A stretch of DNA of 33,325 nt from a virus (taxonomy: Duplodnaviria; Heunggongvirae; Uroviricota; Caudoviricetes): the IMG/VR virus record IMGVR_UViG_2619619132_000007, one strand, 5' to 3'. Shown piece after piece: positions 24,865 to 32,924 of the stretch (position 1 is the first letter of the stretch; each line of letters begins with the position of its first letter). A model generated the notes under the pieces. It was not told the DNA's origin. It made no database searches and saw only the letters and a list, made by a program, of their open reading frames with translations. The translations under genes and the position numbers were made by a program.

Positions 24865-25953
24865 TTACGCCAGTACGCCAATTGTCAGCGCGCGATCGAT
24901 AAAACGAAATATCAGCTCCAGTTGGGAGCCATACTTATCTTCAAATGCCACTGTATCCGTATGCAGCTCGTTGTGATGCTTTCTGCACAAAGGCAACACA
25001 AAGAGATCATGTGCTTTTGTTCCCATTCCGCCCTGCCCGTGACCAATCAGATGATGCGGATCGTCGGCTGGCATACCGCAGCAAGCACACGGCTGTGTCT
25101 TAACCCAACGTGTGTATTTCTCCTTAACCCAGCGGCGACGTTTAGGCAGCTTCATGAAAGATTCCGGAGACTCTGGATCAACGGTGATGCTTACCACCGT
25201 CTTTTCCTGTGGTGATTTTTGTTGCTGGTGGGCGTAAGGCAACGGTGCAAGATTTTTTGTGCGTTGTTTCAATATGCTGGTGGCGGTCTGCTCTCCCGGT
25301 ACGATGTCGCTTTCGCGGTACACCGAGCAGATTTTTTCCGCTGGTAATCCCAGCGAACGACGCGATACAGCCTCAGGTAGTGCATCCACCACCTGATTGC
25401 AGACCGCCCACCAGGATAATTCAGCCAAAGATAATTCCCGCTCCTGCGTACCGCTTATTGCGTGACGGATGACGTCAATCACCCATGCTGTCAGCTTTTG
25501 TTGAGCAAGCAGCTCCAGTGATTCCGATGTCTGGTCACGCAGTTGGTTGTCGCAGTGCCAGCACAACACCATTGCGCCGGTACCATAACGGTGAATGACT
25601 GTTTCAGTGTGATGGTAATCGCCATTAGGCCACTGGCAGGATGTAACATGACGTAATAGCCAGTCGGACAATGCGCCAACGCCGCCAGCAGCACGAATCA
25701 CCCGTTCGTTACTAAAAAACGGCAGCAATGTTTTGTCTTCCGCCAGCGGCTGGCGAACGGCAGGAACGACTCCGGATGGCAGATTACGCATGCTTTTTGG
25801 TTCCGGTTCCACCAGCACTCGAGGATTATGAAATATCTGTATGGATTCACGGCCCGGCTTAAGGACCACCAGCCCAAGCTCAGGCACCAGAACAGGTCTA
25901 AGTAATACCCGCACGTTACCTCCAGATCCGTTGCTGGAAAGTGCGGGACGCAC
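24865..25953 (-). CDS. ydfU: DUF968-type prophage protein with C-terminal HNH-like zinc-finger nuclease motif (YdfU-like)
   Basis: C-terminal CACCGMPADDPHHLIGHGQGG...CRKHHNELH motif. The listed ORF is 362 aa; the true start may be the in-frame GTG 13 codons in (25914), giving 349 aa. Confidence 0.6.
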   Translation of the reverse strand: MRPALSSNGSGGNVRVLLRPVLVPELGLVVLKPGRESIQIFHNPRVLVEPEPKSMRNLPSGVVPAVRQPLAEDKTLLPFFSNERVIRAAGGVGALSDWLLRHVTSCQWPNGDYHHTETVIHRYGTGAMVLCWHCDNQLRDQTSESLELLAQQKLTAWVIDVIRHAISGTQERELSLAELSWWAVCNQVVDALPEAVSRRSLGLPAEKICSVYRESDIVPGEQTATSILKQRTKNLAPLPYAHQQQKSPQEKTVVSITVDPESPESFMKLPKRRRWVKEKYTRWVKTQPCACCGMPADDPHHLIGHGQGGMGTKAHDLFVLPLCRKHHNELHTDTVAFEDKYGSQLELIFRFIDRALTIGVLA

Positions 25954-26194
25954 GTGGTGGGCGTTCGGAATAAGGCAGCCTGACAGAGATTATCCAGTGC
26001 CGATAGTCGAGACTGAGAGCTTTCTTAACCTCGAACCCGCGCCTGCGGTAAGAATGAATCAGCCATTCGGCCTGTTCTGCAGTGCATGGAGGGTGCTGGA
26101 ACCATTCAGACTTGAATGCGTGAGAATACCGCCCGTGCGTGCAGGCAAGAACGGGCGAATTATCAGAATTGTAATATTTTGCGTTGCGTGCCAT
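25916..26194 (-). CDS. Hypothetical small prophage protein
   Basis: 92-aa ORF immediately upstream of ydfU; no recognisable motifs. Confidence 0.4.
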   Translation of the reverse strand: MARNAKYYNSDNSPVLACTHGRYSHAFKSEWFQHPPCTAEQAEWLIHSYRRRGFEVKKALSLDYRHWIISVRLPYSERPPRASRTFQQRIWR

Positions 26195-26260
26195 CGGTTT
26201 TCTCCGGTGGCACGGTGTTACTCAGCGGGAGTTCAGCCCCGCGCAAGATTGTAGATGAGT

Positions 26261-26512
26261 TTATTCTCCTGAAAAAGCAGAAAAGCCAGCTTTTATTCCG
26301 ATCTCTTTCAATGCCTGTAATGAAGTGACAAACTCACCTTCGCGCAAGATAAATCCGTCCGTGACCCGAGCATCCACAAAATTAATTAACGCAGCCCCAT
26401 TCTTTCGCAAACACATAATGCGGTAATGGCTAACAAGATTTCCATTTTCAACGCACACAGCATAGAGGCCATCTTCACAAAAAATTTTACGCAGTTCTTC
26501 GATGTTCATCAT
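26261..26512 (-). CDS. Hypothetical small prophage protein (possibly the Rem equivalent)
   Basis: 83-aa ORF between the ydfU region and hokD, the position rem occupies in K-12 Qin; sequence identity not verified. Confidence 0.45.
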   Translation of the reverse strand: MMNIEELRKIFCEDGLYAVCVENGNLVSHYRIMCLRKNGAALINFVDARVTDGFILREGEFVTSLQALKEIGIKAGFSAFSGE

Positions 26513-26627
26513 CAGAATCCTTCCGGATAATTAGCTCTCCCCTTTAAGGGACCATCCCTCTTATCCCTGCGCGCTACTTAAGTATTTTTGATTCTATTCC
26601 GGCACCGTCCAGAACTTCAAACGCGTT

Positions 26628-26660
26628 GAAAATAAAAACAAAAACCCGCCGAAGCGGGTT
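26628..26660 (-). terminator. Rho-independent terminator downstream of hokD
   Basis: aacccgc-cgaa-gcgggtt hairpin with T-run (tgtttttattttc) on the minus strand. Confidence 0.55.
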
Positions 26661-26728
26661 AAGTGCGGGTGCGTTGAGGATGCCTGCCACATCAGAGGTG
26701 GCGAGGGATTTCTCCCCCGCCGGGTCTC

Positions 26729-26884
26729 TTACTCCTCAGGTTCGTAAGCTGTGAAGACAGCGACCTCCGTCTGGCCGGTTCGGATTCGTACCTCGCAGAG
26801 GTCTTTCCTCGTTACCAGTGCCGTCACTATGACGGTTAAACAGATGACGATCAGGGCGATTAACATCGCCTTTTGCTGCTTCAT
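26729..26884 (-). CDS. hokD: Hok-family type I toxin (small membrane peptide)
   Basis: My translation: MKQQKAMLIALIVICLTVIVTALVTRKDLCEVRIRTGQTEVAVFTAYEPEE (51 aa); missed by the ORF track (under 60 aa). An overlapping mok-type frame and antisense Sok RNA are expected but not mapped. Confidence 0.85.
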   Translation of the reverse strand: MKQQKAMLIALIVICLTVIVTALVTRKDLCEVRIRTGQTEVAVFTAYEPEE

Positions 26885-26955
26885 AGCCTGCTTCTCCTGT
26901 CAACGCAAAGCAGAAGTGTCACCTTCGGTGCGAAACAGAGATGTCATGCTTTGGT

Positions 26956-27243
26956 TCAGAGAATGCGTTTGACCGCCTCGCTATATACTTCCGAGCGTTC
27001 TCTTTTCCCAACAGAAATCACGAAAACGACAACTTTCTCGTCTATAACCTGGTATACAAGGCGATAGCCTGAAGACCGGAGCTTAATCTTGTAACAATCA
27101 GGCATACCACGGAGCTTGTTTGCTTCAATCCGGGGTGACTCAAGTACTTCAACCAGCTTCTTTTTCAACTGTTCACGTACCGTCGAGCCCAGCTTTCGCC
27201 ATTCCTTTAGTGCCCGCTCGTCAAAATCCAGAAAATACGCCAT
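26956..27243 (-). CDS. relE: RelE mRNA interferase toxin
   Basis: 95 aa MAYFLDFDERALKEWRKLGSTVREQLKKKLVEVLESPRIEANKLRGMPDCYKIKL... Confidence 0.9.
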   Translation of the reverse strand: MAYFLDFDERALKEWRKLGSTVREQLKKKLVEVLESPRIEANKLRGMPDCYKIKLRSSGYRLVYQVIDEKVVVFVISVGKRERSEVYSEAVKRIL

Positions 27244-27482
27244 CAGAGTTCATCCAGCGTCACACGTACTGGCTTAGGATTACGAAGCCGTTCTTTCACT
27301 ATCTCCACAAGTTCAGCATCTTCATCACTCAGGAGTGTCTGTTTGAACGGCAAGCGTTCATTGTCAGCGATATACTCGAGCATGAGACGAAGCGCTTCAG
27401 AAGGAGTTACACCCATTTTTTCAAGCGCGGCGTAAGAACGCGCTTTAAGTTCATCGTCAATACGCAGGTTAATGCTACCCAT
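27243..27482 (-). CDS. relB: RelB antitoxin (RHH)
   Basis: 79 aa MGSINLRIDDELKARSYAALEKMGVTPSEALRLMLEYIADNERLPFKQ...; stop overlaps the relE start. Confidence 0.9.
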   Translation of the reverse strand: MGSINLRIDDELKARSYAALEKMGVTPSEALRLMLEYIADNERLPFKQTLLSDEDAELVEIVKERLRNPKPVRVTLDEL

Positions 27483-27535
27483 GTCTTACACCTCTTGTAA
27501 TTACAAATGTCATTACAAGTATCGCACTACAACAT
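27483..27535 (-). promoter_or_regulatory. relBE promoter/operator region (palindromic relO-like repeats)
   Basis: ttgtaattacaaatgtcattacaag directly upstream of relB contains the palindrome ttgtaattacaa and the related half-site tgtcattacaag. Confidence 0.5.
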
Positions 27536-27812
27536 GCTTAGGGCAAGTCACGAAGGAAGTCAGAAAGTAGTCGTAAGAACGGTGATCACTGTCCGCTTTG
27601 TGCCAGGAGCAGCCATTGCTAAGTCCATCCTGTATTGTGCAGGTCAGCTCGTTTTTAAAGAGTCCGGCCATCATCTTACTGGTACAGACACCATATACTT
27701 TGTGACGGTCAGGCTACATATGCACAACTCAATTTATTCATCTATTTTTTGCTTTAGCATGTCAGTGTTGCTTTCTCGTCGGCGGGTGAGCGGTGACCTG
27801 ACCTGTCGATAA
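27507..27812 (+). CDS. ydfV: Hypothetical protein divergent from relB (YdfV-like)
   Basis: 101-aa ORF starting inside the relBE promoter region; no motifs; assigned by position only. Confidence 0.35.
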   Translation: MSLQVSHYNMLRASHEGSQKVVVRTVITVRFVPGAAIAKSILYCAGQLVFKESGHHLTGTDTIYFVTVRLHMHNSIYSSIFCFSMSVLLSRRRVSGDLTCR

Positions 27813-27964
27813 AGGAACGTAACACGTTTTATGCAACACCCGCATGCGGCAGAAAATTATTGCCGAACGTTTACCCCTGTCAACAAGCTTTACTTTCTGA
27901 GGCGCGCCAGCCCGCGAGGAAAACAATCTGAACATCAAACAATTAATGACACAAGAAATACGAT

Positions 27965-27991
27965 TAAAGATTTTTTTGTGCATGCCGATAG
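27965..27991 (+). promoter_or_regulatory. Sigma-28 (FliA) class 3 promoter of flxA
   Basis: taaag at 27965..27969, 15-bp spacer, gccgatag at 27984..27991; matches the TAAA-N15-GCCGATAA consensus; 24 bp upstream of the flxA ATG. Confidence 0.6.
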
Positions 27992-28014
27992 TGCTTTTTT
28001 AAAAGGAGAAATCT

Positions 28015-28347
28015 ATGTCTGTCACAATTCAGGGAAATACCTCAACCGTTATTTCAAACAACTCCGCCCCGGAAGGAACATCAGAAATAGCCAAAATCAC
28101 AAGACAAATTCAGGTGCTGACTGAAAAGCTTGGGAAAATCTCATCGGAAGAGGGGATGACGACACAGCAGAAAAAAGAAATGGCTGCATTGGTACAGAAG
28201 CAAATTGAAAGCCTCTGGGCTCAACTGGAGCAGTTGTTAAGGCAGCAGGCAGAGAAAAAGAATGAAGACGCGACAGTTCAGCCTGATAAAAAAGAAGAGA
28301 AAAAAGACGATACAAATACCGCTGGCACCATTGATATTTACGTCTAA
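28015..28347 (+). CDS. flxA: FliA-regulated protein FlxA
   Basis: 110 aa MSVTIQGNTSTVISNNSAPEGTSEIAKITRQIQVLTEKLGKI...; aaggag Shine-Dalgarno; sigma-28 promoter upstream. Confidence 0.85.
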   Translation: MSVTIQGNTSTVISNNSAPEGTSEIAKITRQIQVLTEKLGKISSEEGMTTQQKKEMAALVQKQIESLWAQLEQLLRQQAEKKNEDATVQPDKKEEKKDDTNTAGTIDIYV

Positions 28348-28361
28348 GTGACAGCCGTATT

Positions 28362-28385
28362 GTGGCCCTCATCGGGCCACTTTTC
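28362..28385 (+). terminator. Rho-independent terminator of flxA
   Basis: gtggccc-tcatc-gggccac hairpin followed by tttt. Confidence 0.7.
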
Positions 28386-28699
28386 GCCATCAGCCTTTTC
28401 TTTAAAGACATATTATCTTTGTATCATTTCTGATAGTTAACATTACAAGATATAAGTAATGGACGCACTCCCAATTAGTCTATTTAAATCGCCACGAGTT
28501 TAACTGACAACCCATGATCAATTATGAATTGCAACTATTTCTGTAGTCACTTTTGTGGGGACAGTCCACAAAACTGCCAACTTCCGCTTCTTGCTCTTAG
28601 CGGACATTAGCATAGGCTATTTACCATAACGCCTCATTACGCGCACCGCCCAGACTGACTCAGCGCGTTTCTGGCATATCCCCGGTAAAACAAGTAACA

Positions 28700-30160
28700 A
28701 ACCACCCGAAAATGAACACCAGAAACGCGACTTAAGAATCTACCCTATGAATGGATATGCACTCAACCGAATCGATCTTGGTTTCAATCTTTTTTATCGG
28801 GATCAGGCTTCTTTTTAGGTAACTTCGGGGGCTTAACTTGCTGATGACTTTGCGTTCGGCGCGTAAGCCAGGGATGGTCAGCTTTAGGTTTAACATAGTA
28901 TTTTGAGCGTAAATCAATACGGGCATTATCCACTCGTTCATGGACACTCTTTTCATCATCCAGTGGTATAGGCTCCGGGCCATCAACATACTTTTCCCAG
29001 CCCAGCGCTTTCCCGTCATACAGAACGTTAATTTCACCGTCAAAGTTCTCGCATACAGTAACAACCGAATGCCTAAGTCGATATCCCCGGCCCTCACTGC
29101 GTACCTGAAACGCACTGCTTTTGTACTGGAAAGTGAGATTTTTAGACAGAACGCGCTTCGCCTGTAGGCTGAAGATATAACCCAGTTCCTCTTCAGAATG
29201 GTGCACATCAAGATGAGCATTATCAGTAGTACGAGGCGACGTAGCGAACCGGTTGTTATAGGCTTCAATAAAGGTCGGCAACCATGCATTTGCTGTTTCA
29301 ATATCACTGATATTCTGAAGCCGCATTTCTTTGACCAGCCTGTCCTGTAGTGTCTGATTGGCGCGCTCTACCCGCCCTTTTGCCTGCGGGCTGTTGGCAT
29401 GGATTGGCTCGATGCCCAGTGTCTTTATCGCACGAGTGAACTGGGTCAGCTCACCTTCCCGCTCTGGGTTATTTACCCTGAATATACTGTGTCTATCAGA
29501 GTAGAGAGCGAGCGGTACGCCATGATCATTAAGGTAACCCCGGAGGGTTTCCATGTAAGCCCGGGTTGTTTCAGCAGGCACAAAACGCAACGCCATCAAC
29601 GCACTGGTGGCATCATCAATGAAAACGATCAGTGTACATCTGGGGCCTCGATTTTCAAACCAGTCATGAGGTGAGCCATCAATCTGGATCAGTTCACCGT
29701 AAGATGGTCGTCGCATGCGGCGTTGATATATACGGGCAATTTTACGACGGCGTTCACGCCATAACCCCTCTTCTATCATCCACTTTCTGAGAGTTTCAAC
29801 GGATAAAGATAAACCGTGTATCTCGCGCAATTTTTCGCACGCAAACGTAGGTCCAAAATCAGCGTAACGGCCTTTGAGGAGTGAAATTACTGTTGCTCTG
29901 AATTCAGTAGAAAAGGAATTATTAGGACGCTTTCCACGTCGGTGGGAAACCAGACCAGAAGGCCCTTCATTTCTATACCGTTGCACCAGACGTTTAACCT
30001 GCCGAATAGAAATGCCAATGCGTGCCGCAGCTTGTTCCTGAATAATCTGAAGTCGGTGGAGTTCCTTATGACTCATCATAACAGTCTCTTTGATCATGAA
30101 AAATCCCCCAGAGAATTGTCTGGGGACATTTTAGAATGGTTCAAAGGGGACATTACAGCT
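28700..30160 (-). mobile_element. Insertion sequence with rve-type DDE transposase (IS481/ISNCY-like); ends not resolved
   Basis: Single transposase gene replaces the region that follows flxA in K-12 Qin. Boundaries are approximate because I could not identify terminal inverted repeats by eye. Confidence 0.35.
28784..30097 (-). CDS. DDE transposase, integrase-core (rve) type with N-terminal HTH
   Basis: 437 aa; D (IQIDGSPHDW) ... D (LALYSDRHSIF) ... E (QAKGRVERANQTLQDRL) spacing typical of retroviral-integrase-like transposases; Lys-rich C-terminal tail. Confidence 0.8.
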   Translation of the reverse strand: MIKETVMMSHKELHRLQIIQEQAAARIGISIRQVKRLVQRYRNEGPSGLVSHRRGKRPNNSFSTEFRATVISLLKGRYADFGPTFACEKLREIHGLSLSVETLRKWMIEEGLWRERRRKIARIYQRRMRRPSYGELIQIDGSPHDWFENRGPRCTLIVFIDDATSALMALRFVPAETTRAYMETLRGYLNDHGVPLALYSDRHSIFRVNNPEREGELTQFTRAIKTLGIEPIHANSPQAKGRVERANQTLQDRLVKEMRLQNISDIETANAWLPTFIEAYNNRFATSPRTTDNAHLDVHHSEEELGYIFSLQAKRVLSKNLTFQYKSSAFQVRSEGRGYRLRHSVVTVCENFDGEINVLYDGKALGWEKYVDGPEPIPLDDEKSVHERVDNARIDLRSKYYVKPKADHPWLTRRTQSHQQVKPPKLPKKKPDPDKKD

Positions 30161-30431
30161 TGGTGTTAACAATAGCCTGCTTCTCCGTGCCTTTCGGCAC
30201 GTAAGAGGCTAACCTACATGTGTCTAGCATGAAATTGGCCTCAGATTAATGTTAAGCGTCTTGCAGGACGCGTAATGTTAACTGGGGCTTTTCTCTATCT
30301 GCCGTTGGTGTCCATGCCCGAGGCAGATAGCCTCAAGCACCCGCAGTCATTCTACTTAACTAAGATTTCCCCGCAAACCGTTTTTGTCCAGCACAGTAAA
30401 TATCCAACTAAACCAATGGAGTTCGCTGTAT

Positions 30432-30650
30432 TTACCGCCAGTATTCAATGCACATGACCGCCATGAACACCCCTAAAAAAAGGGCATTTATATATCCAAA
30501 TATTAATATCAAAACATCAACTTTTTCCATATACCTTGCTGTGAAGATGATGGGCATACATGATGCGAACAACCAGAACGCAACAAACAAAAACTGCAAT
30601 GCGTTTTTCATTATTCCTCCTACAATCAATGTGCAATTACATTTAAACAC
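30432..30650 (-). CDS. Hypothetical small membrane protein
   Basis: AT-rich ORF; two predicted TM helices (LQFLFVAFWLFASCMPIIF, LILIFGYINALFLGVFMAVM). Confidence 0.3.
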   Translation of the reverse strand: MFKCNCTLIVGGIMKNALQFLFVAFWLFASCMPIIFTARYMEKVDVLILIFGYINALFLGVFMAVMCIEYWR

Positions 30651-30865
30651 ACCTCAATTTGGCCGGACATATAAATATCTAAACCAGAAAAAATCACTTA
30701 CATAGCGTTACAAACTCTTTAGTCTAAAGGTTCATCGTAAAACATTCCCCATACTTATCAGTCCGTTCCGCGCCAGGTAGCTCATTGCCTTATCTGGCAA
30801 CCTGTAATCAGGTTTCCGCTTTTTCAGTTGGCTGGTCGTTTAACCGACATAGTTAATCCATTAAT

Positions 30866-31153
30866 CTAGTTGCCGGATGTTGGTGGATTTTCGCGTTTTA
30901 GTTGTTCATAAAAGTGCACAGCTTTAACCAGTTCTTCTGATGTAACTGGGACTGGTGAGGCAGTGAATAAGGCCTGAATTTGATAGTTCGGCCTGTCGTT
31001 ACAATCCTCTTTTTTCGGTACATATTTCCAGTCACCAGACCACTACTTCCCCTGAAAGTCCGTAACGCCTTTTTTCACGTAGCGATATCGCCATGCCACT
31101 GGTTTTGCTTGCCCCGCCGTTTCATGCCCTTCCTGATAATTAATCTCGCTCAT
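30866..31153 (-). pseudogene. Small ORF (95 codons) interrupted by an in-frame TAG at codon 37
   Basis: MSEINYQEGHETAGQAKPVAWRYRYVKKGVTDFQGK, then TAG at 31043..31045, then WSGDWKYVPKKEDCNDRPNYQIQALFTASPVPVTSEELVKAVHFYEQLKRENPPTSGN; start overlaps the upstream ORF stop (ATGA). Confidence 0.4.
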
Positions 31154-31341
31154 TCATCGCCCCACTCATCACAATATGCTTCGACCGGAGTTTTTCCCGC
31201 TTCATAGTCATCACGCTAGGATTCGACATCAGCAGCACTTCCACCGCGTAACTCACCATAGTCCATTAATAGTTCATCCCGCTCTTCAAAACTGATGTTA
31301 TATTTAGCTGAACAAAAATCAGCCACTTTGTTCTTCCTCAT
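31150..31341 (-). pseudogene. Small ORF (62 codons) interrupted by an in-frame TAG at codon 42
   Basis: MRKNKVADFCSAKYNISFEERDELLMDYGELRGGSAADVES, then TAG at 31216..31218, then RDDYEAGKTPVEAYCDEWGDE; the terminal TGA overlaps the ATG of the next ORF. Confidence 0.4.
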
Positions 31342-31763
31342 CGTCTTTTATTTCGTGGTATGAGTAATTGCAGTAGTTAAAGAAAATTTCTTATGCTCCG
31401 TCATGAATTTCCTCAGGTGTTGCGTCATCGTCCACTTCGAATACATCCTCAAAATCTCCACCAGCTATTCCCGTTTCAATAATAATTTTGAACTTTCGCA
31501 TTTCACTACCGCCCTTTCGGGCGGCCTCCTGATGTTCTGAGGGTGCAGAAATCCATCCGGTTAAGGATTAAATTTTATTTACAGAACTGAATTTAATTAT
31601 TCAGATATACGTATCTGTAGCCTTACGAATCTACTCACTGGATGCCTCTTTCATAAAAATAATCCAGTGGGTTTTATCGTTTTTTCCCTGTTCGTTGACA
31701 GATAACAGGTTTTCTGTCTGTCAGTGCCAGAATCTGGCTTACCGGTATTTGCGTTTCATTCCA

Positions 31764-32120
31764 TTAAAAAATCAGAACGCCGTGCGGCCTCAACACCCGA
31801 AAGGCTTCTTTAAATCTCTGTCGCGAATCATCACGCCAGGCATCTTTATTCAGCCGTCCATATTTCTTTCCCATCCAGGCGTTATCACCAACACTCTCAA
31901 GATGCGGAGGGTCTAATACAACCATCGAAAAAGATGCGTCTGCAAATGATAATGCACGAAAATCTGCGATAATGTCAGGGCTGATAATCAAGCGTCTCCC
32001 ATTGCGTAATGTGTATCCTTCTTTTCTGATATCGCTGAATATCGCCCGTTCGTCAGACTTATCGAACCAGAACATGCGGCTGCCACAGCACATATCAAGA
32101 ATGGTTGCCGGTGCACTCAC
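31764..32120 (-). CDS. Putative DNA methyltransferase fragment (SAM-binding motif I and DPPH motif IV only)
   Basis: 118 aa with LDMCCGS (motif I-like) and VLDPPH (motif IV-like); no C-terminal target-recognition region; GTG start overlapping the upstream ORF stop. Confidence 0.45.
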   Translation of the reverse strand: MSAPATILDMCCGSRMFWFDKSDERAIFSDIRKEGYTLRNGRRLIISPDIIADFRALSFADASFSMVVLDPPHLESVGDNAWMGKKYGRLNKDAWRDDSRQRFKEAFRVLRPHGVLIF

Positions 32121-32539
32121 TGCGCCACGTCCTGAAAATTACCCTGATAGAAAGCCAGTATGCGCTGCATAACTTCGCTCTTCCGGCACTCGCGACAGAT
32201 TATGTTTAGGCGACTGTCGTAGCGACGTATTTCTCCGTCAGGTGATGACCAGATAAGGTCCGGATCAACCACAGCAGGTTTCTTCACCTTTGCCCTCGAG
32301 AGTTTTTTGCGGGCGTTTTGCCAGTCCTTACGCGCCTGTTCAGAGGGGAATAACCCGTAGCCGGAGTTGTATACATCGCCACTGGCTACCAGCTCTCTGG
32401 CAAGAACGCTCATCAGATATCTAGTCGCACCTGTTTTAGCTTCCAGTTGCCGTAACGTCTCACGGCCGCTCTGGCGCACGAGTTCCACCACCTGCCATTT
32501 AATTTTTTCCCGCTCTTCTTGTGTAAAAACTTTTGCCAC
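32117..32539 (-). CDS. Hypothetical prophage protein, possible HTH
   Basis: 140-aa ORF coupled to the methyltransferase-like ORF; no recognisable catalytic motifs. Confidence 0.45.
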   Translation of the reverse strand: MAKVFTQEEREKIKWQVVELVRQSGRETLRQLEAKTGATRYLMSVLARELVASGDVYNSGYGLFPSEQARKDWQNARKKLSRAKVKKPAVVDPDLIWSSPDGEIRRYDSRLNIICRECRKSEVMQRILAFYQGNFQDVAQ

Positions 32540-32579
32540 AAGTCCCCCTTAAAATTACCTCATGACCTGAAATCAACAC

Positions 32580-32921
32580 TTATCCTCTGAAACCAGGCGG
32601 AATTTCTGTATCCGGTTCAGAAATATGATTAACACAACGCTGTACAGGTGAACGTCCCAGGCGGATGATCAGTTCGTCCCATTTTTCGCGGAGCTTTGAC
32701 GGGCTCATGATGTTTTTTACCCAGAATGGATCTCGCTGAACCCGACCAAACATTTCGCAAATTTGTCTGTGGCTTCTGCCATCCAGCATCCGCATTGTGC
32801 GCACGTCATTGGCCCAGGCAGTCCAGTTAGGCTCTTTTGGTCGCATGATCTCGCCATCATCACTGGCTGCCTGTTCGTAGAGACCCACGATCCGCCCCCA
32901 GATCCACTGCGCACACGCCAA
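32580..32921 (-). CDS. Hypothetical protein, probably 5'-truncated by the adjacent IS3-family insertion
   Basis: The listed start is a TTG 3 bp from the IS terminus; the frame stays open across the junction and reaches a stop inside the IS, with no ATG. Confidence 0.35.
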   Translation of the reverse strand: MACAQWIWGRIVGLYEQAASDDGEIMRPKEPNWTAWANDVRTMRMLDGRSHRQICEMFGRVQRDPFWVKNIMSPSKLREKWDELIIRLGRSPVQRCVNHISEPDTEIPPGFRG

Positions 32922-32924
32922 ATC

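Noticed and set aside
28548-28570. Palindrome ttttgtgg-ggacagt-ccacaaaa considered as an IS terminal inverted repeat
   Set aside because: It is a self-complementary site rather than one member of a pair of terminal repeats; no matching inverted copy was found at the other side of the transposase gene.
31348-31500. 50-codon minus-strand ORF (MRKFKIIIETGIAGGDFEDV...) preceded by a GC hairpin at 31508..31523
   Set aside because: No recognisable Shine-Dalgarno sequence near the ATG and no motif; kept only as a note because a neighbouring ORF begins 9 nt after its stop.
31700-31763. Possible extension of the methyltransferase-like ORF past its TAA stop (29 further in-frame codons)
   Set aside because: Even with read-through the product would be only ~148 aa and still lack a target-recognition domain; no evidence the stop is a mutation rather than the natural end.
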